This document shows positions 24,790 to 38,970 of a stretch of DNA of 64,000 bases, piece by piece. The position numbers and the translations under genes were made by a program. The stretch lies in assembly GCA_976551045.1 (NCBI GenBank), contig CDPCPM010000011.1:2170001-2234000 (forward strand). The letters run 5' to 3'. Position 1 is the first letter of the stretch. Each line of letters starts with the position of its first letter. The stretch is from Glaucostegus cemiculus. Taxonomy: Eukaryota. The notes below the pieces were generated by a model that saw only the letters and a program-made list of their open reading frames with translations, had not been told where the DNA came from and ran no database searches.

Positions 24790-27700
24790 AGGCAATACTG
24801 GCAACACAGATGGGATACTGCAAGAGTACGTACAGCATTATTAAGAATGAAACCAGTGAGTCTCAAAGAAAGAATGGCAAACCAGGAGGATGAATCCCTC
24901 TTGCACTGAGTTTCCCAATGTACTCTGTCAGTGTCATCACTGCCAAGGTGCCTTTGGTCCTGTTTCATGTTCTATTTCTTATTTCAGTATTGAGGAAATG
25001 AGAAGTAACACATCCAACAGGGTTCAAAGTAAGATGGCAGAGATAACACAGACAGGATACATTGAAAAACTCAGCAGAAAGGATAGAATGAAAGAGGCAG
25101 TTGGCATTTGCCTTTGAACAATTGGATATGTTCTTCAAAGCCAATAACATTATAAAAGTTACAGGTGAAAATGCAGAACAAAAAACAGTGATCAGTGAGT
25201 AAAAGAAAACCATGCTCTTTGCAGAGGTGAGCTAAGGTATGCATGTGACACTAACTATCTTGTTGGAAGTCAATGTCTTGTTTGAGACTGAAGAATTAAC
25301 AACACACATCAACCCAGCACAGTCTTAAATTGTCAAAGCTAAAAATCCAGTGCACCAAATCACCTGACATCAGCAATTATATTGTGTAATTGAGGGACCC
25401 AGTAAGACATTGTAATTTTGGAATGTTCCTGGACTGAGCACAGAGGGACAGATCAGTTTGCCAGTTAGCTGTTGAGGTGATAGGCCTAACTATTTAGTGC
25501 TCCAGATATCACTTTTGAAATAGTGTGTAGGATTGCCAAGTGACGGAAATGGCACTGAATAATGCAACAGTGTTTCACTCAGCTTGAGACGCAGGAGAGT
25601 TGTTATCCAGGCAAGTGGATAGTGTCCGATCACACTCTTCACTTGCGACCAGTGGATATCAGAAAGTTTTTTTGTGGTTAGGAAATGAATTTTGCTGCAA
25701 GATACCCAGCCTCTGACCCGCTCTTGCAGCCCAGTGTTCATGTGGCTGCTCCAAATGAGTATGTGTTCAGTGGTGTTGATGGTGTGAGGATTGATGATGG
25801 TAATGTCATTGAGTGTCAAGGATGGGTGGTTAGACTCTCTATGGTTGGAGATGGCCACTGCCTGGTAATCTGCAGTACAAATATTACTTGCCATTTATCA
25901 ACCTATGCCTGAATGATGTCAAGGTCTTGCTACATGCAGGTATGACCTACTTCGTTTGCTGAGAAGTTGCAAATCGAACAGAACACTACACAACATTTGC
26001 AAGCATCACCACTTCTGACCATATGATTGAAGGAAGATCATTGATGAAGTATCTGAACATAGCTGGGCCTATGTCACTGCCCTGAGGATCTCCTGCAATG
26101 ATATCCTGGGGCTGGGATGATTGACTTTGAACAACCACACTTTATCCCTTGTAAGAGGTATGGCCTCAGCCATCAGAGTGTTTTCCCTTTGATTCCCATT
26201 GATTTCAGTTTTACCAGGACTCCTAGATGCCACACTCAGTCATATGCTGCCTAGACTTCAAAAGCAGTCACTCTCAGCTTTTTTCTTTCACCCTAGCGTG
26301 AACCACGGCTGTGATGAGGTCTAGAGTGGAAATAGTCCCAGTGAAATTGAACATGGGCATCGGTGATCAGGTTATTGGTGAGTAAGTGCCACCCAATAAC
26401 TCTGTTGCCAACACCTTCCATCATGTTATTGATGATTGAGAGTATACTGACTAGCCAGTACAATCCAATTGGATTTGTTCTGCATGTTCTGAACATGATA
26501 TCCCTATGCAATTTTCACATTGCTAGGTAACTGACAGTGTTGTAACTGCCAGGCCATGAGGCTACAAATACTGGTGGTGCATATTGCCTAATACTGACAG
26601 TCCACAGAGTTTCATGGGGACCCAGCTTTGAGCTGCTAGATCTGTTCTGTTTAGCAAAGTTGTTGCATGATTTCTCTACTACCAGTGCCAGGGAAGTCAT
26701 ACAACATCTATTTCTCCACTCAAAGCAGCTCACTGCCATACTCCCGGTTAAACAAGATGTTATGTAAAACTGGACAGGACATAGCAAAAGCTGAGAGCTG
26801 CAGTGCACATATTCCTCAGGCAGGGAAACAAATGTGTTGACCAAACCCAGAGGGTTAGCCTTGAATAGAACAGAGATGTGAAGTCATGGATGTATGTGAC
26901 ATTGACAGCAATGGGGTGAACTTCAACCTTTGATTAAGATAAATGGTTGGAGTGTTGTGAGGCATTGATGTTGCAACAGGTCATTTAGTGATGGGGCAAG
27001 ACTACTTTAGACATAACGTTATCCAATTTCCACTACCTGGGAACAATAACTTGTTGAGCAGGTGCTTGGGAGTAGCGTTGAGGATGGTAGGAGAGGTGAG
27101 GTGCACTATTGCTCAAAGAAATTGAGCTGCCAGTAATCATGACAGGAAACCAACAGTATTGGGCAGGTAGGTTCTGTGTGATTACAGTGGGCAATGGGGC
27201 AGAAAATGACAAGGGACAAACAGAATGTTCCTTTCCCATCAGAACCCTACCCTGTCTTGGAACAGTGACATGGGTCAAAGAGATAGATAAACTGAGTTAG
27301 GATGTGCTTGGGAGGATCGGAATCAGAAGCATGAGCTGATATCGGGAATAGGCATGGCCGTTTGAAAAGTGCATAATGCAAAAATATTCAAAAGCCCTGC
27401 ATTGACAGGAAAGGTGGCAGCGTCCAGACCACTGTGGGACTGAAGCAGGACTCGGGGGAATGCCGTGAAGAAAGGATGGTGCAGGTCTTTAAAATAGTTG
27501 ATTGTGATGACCACAAGGAGAGGATTGATAATTGAATGGAGTTCAAAGTAAGGATTTTCTAAAGGATGAGGGGATAGTGTTTTCCTGACACTTGTTGGGA
27601 AGCTGGTCAAAGGGACAGATTTCAAGGATTTGAAGAAAACATTGAGAATCTTCCTCAGGAACAAAGAACTTGCCATTGCCAAAGACAAGTTCAGAGAATA

Positions 27701-29075
27701 TCAAGACCGAAGAGCAATGACAAAGCCATTTAACTTATTGGTAGAATACTAGGACATGTAGCCAAGGTGATGATGATGTCAACCAAAAAGTGGGAATATG
27801 AAAGCACGAATGAAACACGAGGACAGACTATGTTGGGGATCCATCTAGGGACCATGAGGTGAGCTATAAGTGGGACCTCTTGTCCAAAACTTTGGAATGT
27901 ATTTCACTGAGTAATTCATATGAAATATGTGTAGTTTGGAGAGACAGAAATGAGTGCAAAAACTTGTATTGGACTTGTCCAGATCAACCAGACTGGAGTG
28001 ATGATTACTGAGAACTGTTAGCTTTATGGGAAAAAGGATCTACACAAGAGTTAGCTGAGGTCGAACAGCAAGGCATCATACATCAGAATTCGAACAAAGC
28101 ATCTGTTAAAAAACATGTTGATGTCTGTCTTACATCAGGTTATTGGTGAACATGGAAGTTCTGAAAGGTGTCAACCAATTAGAAATGGAATTGGATGTGT
28201 TGCATGAAGAACATATGGAGACAGGTTCAGAGTCTAGTATAGGAGCTAGACCAGTCCAAAGTGATAGATGCTGGAATATCTCTGGTGCTATCTGCCCACA
28301 ATGCCAACATTCCAGCATGGCAGGCCTAGCTTTGAAATATTTTGGCACAGATGGTGGGGTTCAAAGAGATTTCTAAAGGGGAGCAGAGACAGAATCCATG
28401 GGATAAATCATCAATGGAAAGCAGTGAAGAGAGGCAGCACAGGGATAACAGGATCCAATTATAAGAGTACAAATCAGAGAACACAAGATGGTTTTAGGAC
28501 TTTGAAGAGGATTAAGGTACGCATGGTTTCTCCAACAAAGGTCCCAAGGAATATCTGCACCTGTCAGTGAATGTGAAAGTGATGATGATCAGGCCTGTGG
28601 TCTATGGGAAGAACCCAAGGGAGTGGCTCCATAGAACAGGAGACAAACCAGAGCAAAGCTAAAGCACAGAATCCAAGCAATGCCACAGAGGTTCAGGGAG
28701 GTGAACTATCTACATCTACATCACCAGTATCTGTGCAGAGCAGATCTGTGGGAAGTGTCAATCACACCTACACTGTTGAGGAGATCTTAGAAGATTAGGA
28801 AATCTGGAAAATATTTAGATTTGTTATATTTGGGCATGTATTTAAGTTCTTGAAAGAAACGAAACTGTAAGTTCCTAACTGACATGTGTTAACTACATAG
28901 TGTGTTTAATTTCTTAAGGTAAATACGTTCCTTTATTTCTGTTTAATTTTTTTTCTCTTAAAGGAGAAAGTAATTTAGCAGGAGTACGCCAGTTTGTGAC
29001 TTATGTTTATTGTGTCCAGTACAACTGTTTCTTTAAGGTTGTGGGGACCTCTAACATTATTTTGAAGAGAAAGGG
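24790..29075 (+). mobile_element. Highly decayed Gypsy-like LTR-retrotransposon remnant(s), interrupted by a LINE
   Basis: Gag-like EQLDMFFKANNI (about 25115) and RHCNFGMFLD..RDR (about 25405); protease-like IELPVIMTGNQ (27109..27300); purine tract gaagagaaaggg before tgt at about 29065. Confidence 0.45.
25560..26570 (-). mobile_element. CR1/L2-superfamily LINE RT fragment
   Basis: ORF 25490..25894 (QAVAISNHRESNHPSLTLNDITI..., SQVKSVIGHYPLAW). The reverse complement near 26080 gives PQGSDIGP, an RT PQGS motif. Confidence 0.7.
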
Positions 29076-29077
29076 TG

Positions 29078-29285
29078 TTTTTCCCAAAGTCCTGGCAATG
29101 CTTATCCCTCAGCTGAATCATAAAAGGAATTAGCTGATGACTATTTCATGGTGTTTCTGGGAGTTTCCTGGGTGCAAAATAACTGCAGCATTTTCCATGT
29201 GACTCCACTTCCAACGTACTTAATTGGTAATAAACTATAATGAGATATCCTGAGATTGACAAGGCAGTCTGTAATGTAAATCTTT
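29078..29285 (+). mobile_element. Deu-SINE fragment
   Basis: gtcctggcaatgcttatccctcagc...gtgactccacttccaacgtacttaattgg. Confidence 0.6.
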
Positions 29286-29357
29286 CATCACAGGGAGGTG
29301 ATGCTGGGAGGCACTAGACAGCAGTGAATTTGGAAAAAAATGACGGACTGGATGTGG

Positions 29358-29370
29358 ACTTCCTGTTTAC
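29358..29370 (-). promoter_or_regulatory. FOX:ETS composite motif (GTAAACAGGAAGT)
   Basis: Plus strand acttcctgtttac: overlapping Forkhead GTAAACA and ETS CAGGAAGT. Motif only; function untested. Confidence 0.35.
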
Positions 29371-32300
29371 ATATCTCTTTCATAGAGATTATCCACATTT
29401 TAAGTGTTCCCGGCAGGAGCCCTGTTTGTGCTTCATTTAAAACAATACCCAGTCAATAATTCTGCAAAAGCATCTTTCACTGAAAAACTTACAGTCCTCT
29501 ATACAGCGTGAAATGTGTCAAAGAGGAAGAGTTTGGAATAGGGCATACAGTTATCCTGAAGAACCCATTAACAAGTAAGGAAATGTAAAGTTCCAGGGAT
29601 ATTCGAGGAAGGTACTTTTAAGATATGCTGCATTTAGCACGTGTGTGAAATGTAATAAGTATATTGTACACTCAAAATCGACCAGTAGAGCCCGCCCCCT
29701 TATGCAAAGCAAGGGGATCGACAGAGAGCAGAGTGACTACACAAAGGTCAGAGGCGGAAACAGTTATTTCTATGGTTAACCAACTGTGATAAATTTTAAT
29801 CAAGTGCAGCTGTGGATGTTTAATGAACCGTTACTCGTCGCTCCCCTAAAGTTTACATTGCCCACCGGGACTAACAGTCTGTCATAATCATAAAATAATA
29901 ACAGCATAAAACCAGAATAAATGCCATCTTGCTCTCTGAGGATATTGCTGACAGTTTTACGCCAAAAATACAAGGATATATATATCAAACAGACTTATTG
30001 TTGTTAAAGGGAACTGACTTAAGAACTATACTATTGTGTAGCTCATTTATCTAATTTTACCCTCTGACTTCAAACATTAGAAATGTGCAGGCTGATACTA
30101 CTGGGCTTCATGTGAAAGAAAAGGCACTTCGAAACTGTTGCAAAGACCTTCAGTAGGTAATCGTTGAAGCACACTCTAATGAGACCAAATGCAATCAAAC
30201 AGAAGCGTTTTATGAGAGATAAAAACCAAGTATGATTTCATAGTACAGTATGTTAATCAAACACCCTGCTGAAATGAGCAAAAAAACTAGATATAAAATA
30301 AGATCAGCAGTGATCTATGTACTAAGGTCATTGTGAAGATAAAGTCAAAGGTTAAAAGGTTTTATAATATTCATTGTATTTTTAATAAGAGATTGAAAGG
30401 CCTTTTACTTGCTTTCGTCAATTGCCTCCTGATCTATTGGAGGTATGAAACTAAATCTGTGATGGGCAGATGGTTGAAATCAAAGCGATACATGTTTTAG
30501 TCATTTTGAAGACCACAGTGCTTAATGTTTGCTTGTATTTTCTTTGAGGTAACCTCAATAATGTGCATCACTGACTGGAGATTAAGTTGTTTAATATCTT
30601 TCTCTTGCCACATATATAACAACTGAACATGGCATAAATATGTTGACTAACAAGTAAAGGATGGGTCAGTGAGAACATCACCAACTAACTACAGCTCTGA
30701 GTTGAGGCTTGACTCCAGGAATCATGGTTAAATTACTAAAGAAACCAAGCCAGCAATTGTTTGTTAGCTCCTACATCCAATCAATAGTTTATGTGCAGGG
30801 GACATTGATCATTTGAAAGTACTTTAGTTTGAGAGAGGGGTGCATTTGCTAAATTGCCAGTCTTCCCTCCAATAATGATGCCCTTAGATATGCAAGGAGA
30901 TCTGAGGGCCAGAATTTTGTATCTTGAAAGCCTATTTATTTGTTATATTGCATTAGAGTAAAAAAATATACTCCACATAATCAAAAATTAAAGCAAAAGT
31001 CTAAAATTATTCACCTACATGGCAATTCTTCTAGATGTATTTTTGTCAGTCTGAATCATAAAAGCTGAATAAATACCCTGTCTCTCAAGACAAATTTTAT
31101 GCAAAATGACTGAAGACAAGGTCTTCTCCATTCAAACCAATAGCTGTTTGACAATTATTTTCCTAACTCATCCATTTCTTGTTAGTCAAAAACATGTTTA
31201 TAGCATGTATGGCCAGTCAGGTTGACAAGGTGAAGTTGTGATGTTAGCTGCAGCATCAAGGGAAGTGTAAAGCACAGCAGAGCTCAGCTACTGCTCCAAA
31301 GAGGGAATAAACTTCAGGAGGACCATCATAATGGACCATCCTCTTGACCAGCTTAAAGGGCACAGGCAATGCCAAGGGTACGTCCTCATTTGGATGTGAT
31401 GTTAGGATAGTTGGAACTTCAACATATGCATAAATTGGAGATGTTTTATCTTGCTCCAATATGTATGAGATAGGTACATCCTTCATAGCGAGTTCACATT
31501 CCTTTGAGCAACATCCATTCATCCCTGGGTAGGTTAAAACTCTTGGGTTTAACGGTAGGATGTGTGATGAGGTGTAGGTGATTTGTTCCAGCTCATTTTC
31601 AAGAATTTTAAACAGAGAAGCCATTGCTAGAGACACCACAAGTTACCTGGTTTCAACTGCTTTGCACGGGATGTTGTTAAGTTACTGGTAGATTGGCAGG
31701 TTGGGGTTAGTTTCTATCTGTTGAGGTTTTCGTTTTGTGACCACTTTGTTTCTGATTCGTGGTGCAGCAATATTCAAAGTTTCTGGTAGCACAAGCAATG
31801 GTGTTGACTCAAGCAATGGAGGTGGAAGCTGGCACCCTGCAAGGAATCATCCAACTGATAACCTGCAGGAAGTGCCAACAAATCAGCCCCTTTAAATCAA
31901 GAAACGTTCCCCCAGTCAATAACAAATAAAAGCTTGATAGGCATCCTCAGATAAGGCATTATTTCAACTGGCTCACTGTAGAAATGCAGTTAACAAAAGA
32001 CATTCTTGATGACTGCTTCCCTGACCCTGAATCACAGTCTAATGATGCTGGTTGATCTGAGCTCTGCCTTGAAGCAGATATGACTTATTCTATTTGTACT
32101 GCTCCCCACAGATATTTGTTCTTGACAATAACATGGGTGAAAGATACTAAGACAGCTTCAAAATCCAGAAAGTGCAGATTAGGTAGTGATGATGCCATCC
32201 AGTTTGTTTTCCCTGTTGCCAGACAACTGTAGCCCTGTTGGGACAAAAATTCAACAGTGACTCAACAGTCTACCAGCTAAGTATTAAGCACACAATTCAT

Positions 32301-33024
32301 GAGTTCCCAACCATGGTCCTACTGTTGTGAATGTGTTTTGAAATGTCACACCAAATCCCTGGCATTGAAAATGTAACCATCCAACAGTTCTGGATGTAGA
32401 TTAGAAACAGCTATTATTTGCATTGTCTGTAGATGCTGACTGGAGCCAACACAGTCTGCACAGGTTATCTTCTGTTTTTCACTGGGACAGGTCTCTGCTG
32501 GGGTTAGCTGGGGGAGGGTGTGAGGAGGGGGAGTTAAAAGAAAACAGACTCAGACCATGCATACAGAACGTGTTTCCTCCAACACTGAATCCGTGGTTGA
32601 TTACCTCTGTTGTAAGCATGTTTTGTTGGTTAGTGCCTTGAGGCTCCCATGTAACTGTGCCATAGAGCAGCAGGGAATGCAGTATTCCACAAGGTGAAGC
32701 TATGCCACCCAGGGAGGTGCAAAGCAGAGCAGAGTTCATGCACTGCTTTAGAGAGGGAAACAACATCAGAGGGTTAGTCACAATGGGGACGCCCTCTTGA
32801 AGATCTCAAAGGGCACTGGCAGTGCCAAGGGTATGTCCTCATCCAGCTGGTGTGTGTGTTGGTAGTCTGAAAAAGCAAGGAGAAAAGATGTGAGCAATTT
32901 GCATTATCCATCAAACTGTTTATCATTATTCATGGAAAGTGAACATTACTGGCAGAGCCAGTATTTGTTGCCCATTACAATTGCCCCCTGAAATTGAGGG
33001 GGCAGCCAAGCATAAAGCACATAG

Positions 33025-34370
33025 AATAAAAGAGTCATAAGAATCAGACAGCATGGAAACAGGTCATTCGGCCCACCATATCCGTGCCAACCAGTGGGCA
33101 TCCATCTGTATTAAACCCTTCTTCCAGCACTTGGCCTAAACTCTTCAATGCCGAGGTGATTCAAGTGCTCATCTAGACACCTCTTAAATGTGAACAAACC
33201 TGCTTCCACCACAGTGCAGTCCAGGTACTCTCTAAGTGAAAAGGTCCTCCTCAAAAGCCGTCTAAATTAGTTACCCGAAATCTATGTCTCCTAGTATTAT
33301 TCATCTCTGATAGGGAGAAAAGTTTCCTGCAGTCTAACCTATCTGAATTCCTCATAATTTTATATACCCTAATCATGTCCCCTCTAAACCTCCTCCGCTC
33401 CAGGGAAATCAGACCCAGCCTCTCTAATCTTTCCTCGATGCTCTATCCCAGGCAACATACTGGTGAATCTCCTCTGCAACTTCCCCAGCACTGTTACATC
33501 CTTTCCATAGTGTGGTGACCAGAACTGCACACAGTACTCCAGCTGAGGTCCACACAATGTTTTATAAAGCTGGAGCAAGACCTTCCTGTTCTTGTATTCA
33601 GTACCCTGACTAATGAAAGCATCCCAGACACCTTCTTAATCACATTATCTACCTGTGCTGCCATCTTCAAGGATCTTTGGACTTGCACACCAAGATCCTT
33701 CTGTTCCTCAACACTCCCAAGGAACTTACCAGTCCTGGTGTATGCCTAAGCCTCATTAGTTCATTTCACATTTCACATTTCAATATCACCCCATAATGTA
33801 AGACTGCCCTCCACACTGTCAACAACTCCACCAATCTTAGTGTCATCTGTGAAATTACAGATCATGCCACCTACACCCACATCCAAACCATCCATATATG
33901 TTACAAACATCAAGGGTCCCATCAGTGATTCTGTAGAACACCACTAGTCACAAGCATCCAATCACAGAAACAACCCTCCACCATCATTTTCTGACTCCTA
34001 TCGCCAAGCCACTTTTGGATCCAATTTGCCAACTTTCCCTGGATTCCACGTATTCTAACAATTTTGAAATATATGGAATGATAATCACCATCTCCAAAAT
34101 GTTCCCCCACTGATACTCCCTCCATCTGACTGACTATGTTCCCAAGACGTTCTCAAGTAATGCCATTTCCCTCATTTCTATCTATATACTATGTCAAAAG
34201 TTTCTCCTGATATGCCTAAAAAAATTCCGCCCTCTAAGGCAATCCCAGTTAATATTTGGGAAATTGAAATCCCCTTGTAATTTAACCCTATTTTATAATC
34301 TCTCTGTTTTTTGCCTACTTATCTGTTCTTCCATCTCCTGTTGACTGTTTTGAGGTCTGTAATACACCCC
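33025..34370 (-). mobile_element. CR1 LINE with internal deletions
   Basis: ORFs read LQLYKTLCGPQLEYCVQFWSPHYGKDV, GIQGKLANWIQKWLGDRSQKMMVEGCFCDWMLVTSGVLQ and VGEHFGDGDYHSIYF. Confidence 0.9.
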
Positions 34371-35071
34371 CAGCAAAGTGACGACACCTGATGGGTCTAG
34401 AATTGCTCGGCCAAATTGGTTATAGTCAGCAGATTTCCTTCCCTGAAGCACATTTGTGAACCAGATGCATTTTTCTAATGATTTAGTAATTTCATGGCAG
34501 CTTTTTAAATTATGTAATTATTTGAATTTAGATTCCCCAGACTCTGAGAAGAGATTCAAACTCACAACTTGGATGCTAGTCTGGTTGTAGCTACTGTTCT
34601 ACTCTACTCACTATGACCTGAAGACACCAGTTAAAGACTTGCCAAAATCATCTTTGTATTCTTCAGTTTCACAGCTGGAACTTTAGAAAGGATAATGGCC
34701 AGTGAGACACAGACTTGGGGCGTCAGGTCAGGCTGGTCTCTCAGCAGTGAGTTGGAAAGGTCGTGGCTATAAACCTCACCCTGGAGATTGGGTTTTGTTT
34801 TCTAGCAGGAACAACAGAACTGCAGATCTCTAAGTAAATGGTAAGATATTACATTTTGGGAAGATCCACCACAAACCACATTGAACCTTTCAAGATCACA
34901 GGTAGTTTCCTCATAAACACAGCTACCATCCAGGTACACATGGAAACTGAGAACACTCGAACATAGCAGAAAAGGAAATCCCTTACATCCAGGTTGCAGG
35001 GTCCTGCTGATCTCTTTTGTGGTACTGAATAGATCCAGAGATATGAACATCTTGCTGCATTGTAAACTATC

Positions 35072-35535
35072 TGAATCAGAATCAGGTTTATTATCACTGA
35101 CATATTGTAATGGCGGAGGGGAAGAAGCTGTTCTTGAAACGTTGAGTGTGGGTCTTCAGGCTCCTGTACCACCTCCCTGATGGTAGCATCGCCGCTTGAA
35201 GATGTCCTCGATGGCAGGGAGGGTTGCGTCTGTGATGGAGCTGGCTGAGTCTACAACCTCTGCAGCATCTATCGATCTGGTACATTGGAGCCTTGGTTTG
35301 TTCTCGAAGGCACACACTTGTCCACACAGGGTTTGATGAAGTCGGTGACAGCAGTGGCATATTCATTCAGATCCGAAGAAGAATCCCTGAATATGGTCCA
35401 GTCCACCATTTCAAAGCAGTCCTGTAAACACTGCTCTGCTTCCCTTGACCATACCTTCGCGGTCCTCACCTCTGGTGTTGTGATCCTCAGTCTCTGCCCA
35501 TATGTCAGGAGTAAAAGTACAGCCAGGTGATCTAC
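35072..35535 (-). mobile_element. Rex1/Babar-type LINE, internally deleted
   Basis: KVWSREAEQCLQDCFEMVDWTIFRDSSSDLNEYATAVTDFIKPCVDKCVP is joined directly to LPSGRWYRSLKTHTQRFKNSFFPSAI. (ctgatt)n tail. Confidence 0.75.
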
Positions 35536-37089
35536 AAAAGCATTTTTCAGTACATATTTTATCACTCTGACTGCATTCTTTGACACATCCTTGTTCAACA
35601 TAGGTGGGAAAATGCTGAACACATCACAGCCTTCAAAAATGTTATTGGCTAGGCTTGAGGACAAATATCCAGCCTAGAATCCCTGCTTTCTGACAGCTTA
35701 GGGAGGGAGTCGGATAAGGACAAGGAAATGGGGATTATCCAAGGTTGGATAGTTCACTTGGTGTCAAAACTGAATGTTCCTGGGTCTGGGTACATATTGC
35801 AACTTACCTTTCATTCAGGATTGAGGTCAAAACTTGACCCATTTTCAAGGTTTAACTTTGATTTATGGAAAATATTAATTTCAAACAGACTTTTCCCAAA
35901 GGAAATCCCTCTCAGTGAAGCAGCTTGGAGACAAAAAAAGGCACCAGCAACAATGTCTTTGTTTCTATGTCTCAACCGTGAATGGAAAACATTCTGACCT
36001 CAGCACCGCTTCTCCAATGACTGGCATGCCAGGGGCTTCATCAGTTCCTTCCCTGTAGTGTTGCCCATCAGCTTCATGCATCAACATGAAGGATGGCACT
36101 CTGGAAAGTAGGTGAACTGTCTACGGGTGATGAGGGTGATACATACTCGGAAGGTATTGACTGAAGAGAGAAGGAAAATAGAAGTTTGAATCAGGAAAAG
36201 TCCATTTGCTCCCTTTCAGTGAGAGCCCTTTAAATGTAACCATCCACTCTGAATTTCTTTGATGTGTTTCTCCATGGTTTTTACATACTTCCTTTAAATT
36301 ATGCCTGTCTCAATGGTTAAATTAGTCCATGTTCCAGCTTGTCTGTACATATTAAGGGATAATGCTCTCAATATGCCAATCTGTAGAAACCCGTATTTCC
36401 CTTTTAATTCCTTTGCTTATTTTTGATACCTTTATCACAGCTACCATTATCCATTTCTGGTCCAGTAAAATGTTTCTGAGGCTTCATTCATAATGACTTA
36501 TTCCAAGGAAGTTTCTGGTAAACTACTGCTGTACTCATCCCTGTTTGCTATATCTTTCACTTAATCCTTGTTTAGATCTGTTCACAATATTCCCATAATG
36601 GCATAGCCAATGGCCACCTTGTCCAACTATCACTTCCTGATATTCATATGTACTACTCTATGTACTTGGATGAATTTAATGGCCTTTTTTTTTTACTGAC
36701 ATGACCGCCATTATTGAGCTACATGGGTGACTTATAATGGAAAAGTGTGTAAAGATCAGTTGACCCATAAACAGCCCATACCCCTTAAATACATCTGCCT
36801 TCTATCAGTGAAGCATCTCTATGTCAGAGCCATTCTTGTCTTCACTGCCTTGGAAATAACTAGGGAAAGCAGAATTCCCATCCAATGGATACACTAACCA
36901 ATTTTCATTCATTATAAAGTAAGGTTAAAGAAACATTTGTGACAGCATTCTCCTCTCAGACAATGCCCAGGGGCCTGATGGGAATTACCCCATCTACATG
37001 TAAGTTATTTATAAAATTGGAATACTGAAGGGTTCTGATGCAGATGAAGAGACATCCCATTTCCAATACCCGATCTGAATAAAAGATGA

Positions 37090-37415
37090 GCATCTAACTA
37101 TGATTCCAAGGATTGAGTAGAAATAACTAAGGGTGACACTGCAGTGGAGAAGCAGTGTTCCACTGCTGGAGGTGCTGCTTTCCAGACAAAACATCAAAGT
37201 GTTGTTTTGTCTGTTCTCTTGGGGGGGGGGGGGTGTGAACAATCCCCAAGAACTTCTCCCCCATTTACTATCACCATATTTTTCCTTGTTGGAACCTACT
37301 GTGGGCAAATTAGTTGATCAATATTCCTACTTGCAATGGTGACTGCACATCAAAGTGAAGTGCTTTGCAACTCTTGAAAGAGATGTCAAGGATGCTTCAT
37401 AATTAAAAGTATTTA
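37090..37415 (+). mobile_element. Deu-SINE, decayed
   Basis: gacactgcagtggagaagcagtgttccactgctggaggtgctgctttccagac...ctgtgggcaaattagttg...ttcctacttgcaatggtgactgcacatcaaag. Confidence 0.55.
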
Positions 37416-38359
37416 TTTCAGTCAAGCATTCGCATTGCTATTGTGGACTGATGGGCCTGTTTCTGTGCCCTCTGACTATGATATTGATATGCTGAATGAT
37501 GTGGAGATAAGCAATTTCCACCATCTGGATGTAACTTGTACCTTCCAGTATATTTTACTTCATGAAACTAAAATAGTACAATCCCTGTTCAGATTAATTA
37601 GCTTCCCAAAAATTAAGAAGGTGATTAGCTTTGCAATAATACATCTGGACTGTATATTTGACAGTTCCAGGGTTATGATGTATTCAGATTGAATAAATTG
37701 AATCCTTTACTTTTGTTTCTATATATTGAATGAAAATTTTCATCCAAATATGTTGGCATTTATGGATACCTTTAGGCTTCTCATTTGAAAGGGACAACAA
37801 GCAAGGTAACTGTTGTGTTCATGGTAATCCCATTTTAAATAAAAATTACATTGTTCTTAAAAAATACAATAACCTTCCACTCCACCATCAACAGACTTCT
37901 GAAAGACTTTCTGTAAACCAGGAGACTTTTTTTTGATTAATGGTAGATTAAAAAATAGTCCACCTTGAAAAGCTTGAGTGCTAATCTAACAAAGAAGGGA
38001 TTCTGGACTGCAGTGATGAATGTACTAAGTCACAGTGCACAGTTTCTTGGGGTTAGTGGCCTCATCTCTGGTGACTACACAGAGGAGAACCTGCAGGGGT
38101 GGAGGGGGGATTTAGTCACATTCAAGGTTACTACATTTGGTTACAAGACCTGCATCTATATAGCACCTTATGCAGACCCAAAATTCTTTGCAGCAATGCT
38201 CTACTTTTGAATTGCACTGTAGGAAATACATTACAACAGTTTAAAACAGACTCCCTTGCTGCTTGCTGTTCTTTAAAATAAGCCATGGGATCTCAGAGGC
38301 CAGACAGCATATCAATTTAATAACTGATGAGAGGGCATAGTTCTCACTGACAGCAGCAG

Positions 38360-38970
38360 AACACGTTGGGAGAGTGGTTAAAAAGCGTATTAGATTCTGG
38401 GCTTTATTTATAAAGTGCAAGAGCTAGAAAGTCATGGTAACATTTTATAAAGCTTGGTTTGGCCACAGTTGGAATATTGTGCTCAGTTCAGGGAGTCAGA
38501 CTTTAGGATAGATGTGAAGGTTTTGGAGAGGGTGTAGAGGAGATTTACCGAAATTATTCCAGGAATGAAGGAGCAATGTGGATTGGAGATGGTGGTATTC
38601 TCCTCGGGACAGGGGAGGTTGTGGGGAAAGCTGATAAAGGTATTTAAAATCATGAAGGGTATAGACAGAGGGGATAGAGAGAGTGTGTTCCATTGGCGGA
38701 AGGGTCAGAACTAGGGAACATAGAATGAAGTCGATCAGTGGAAGAACCAAAATTGAAAGGAGAAACATCTCTTCCCCCAATCAGTGAGTGGTTAGAGTCT
38801 GGAATACAGCATTGAAGGCAGATTTGACTGTAGTCTTCATAGGGTTGCTGGATAAGCACCTGATAGGAAAGAATTTTCAGGGCTATAGGGAATGGAGCTA
38901 GTTGGATTGCTTTTACAGAAAGCCGGGACAGATTCATCTGACTGACTGGTTTCCTTCTGTGCTGTAAGCA
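38360..38970 (+). mobile_element. CR1 LINE 3' fragment
   Basis: ttggtttggccacagttggaatattgtgctcag...tggagagggtgtagaggagatttacc, followed by a CR1-like tail. Confidence 0.8.
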
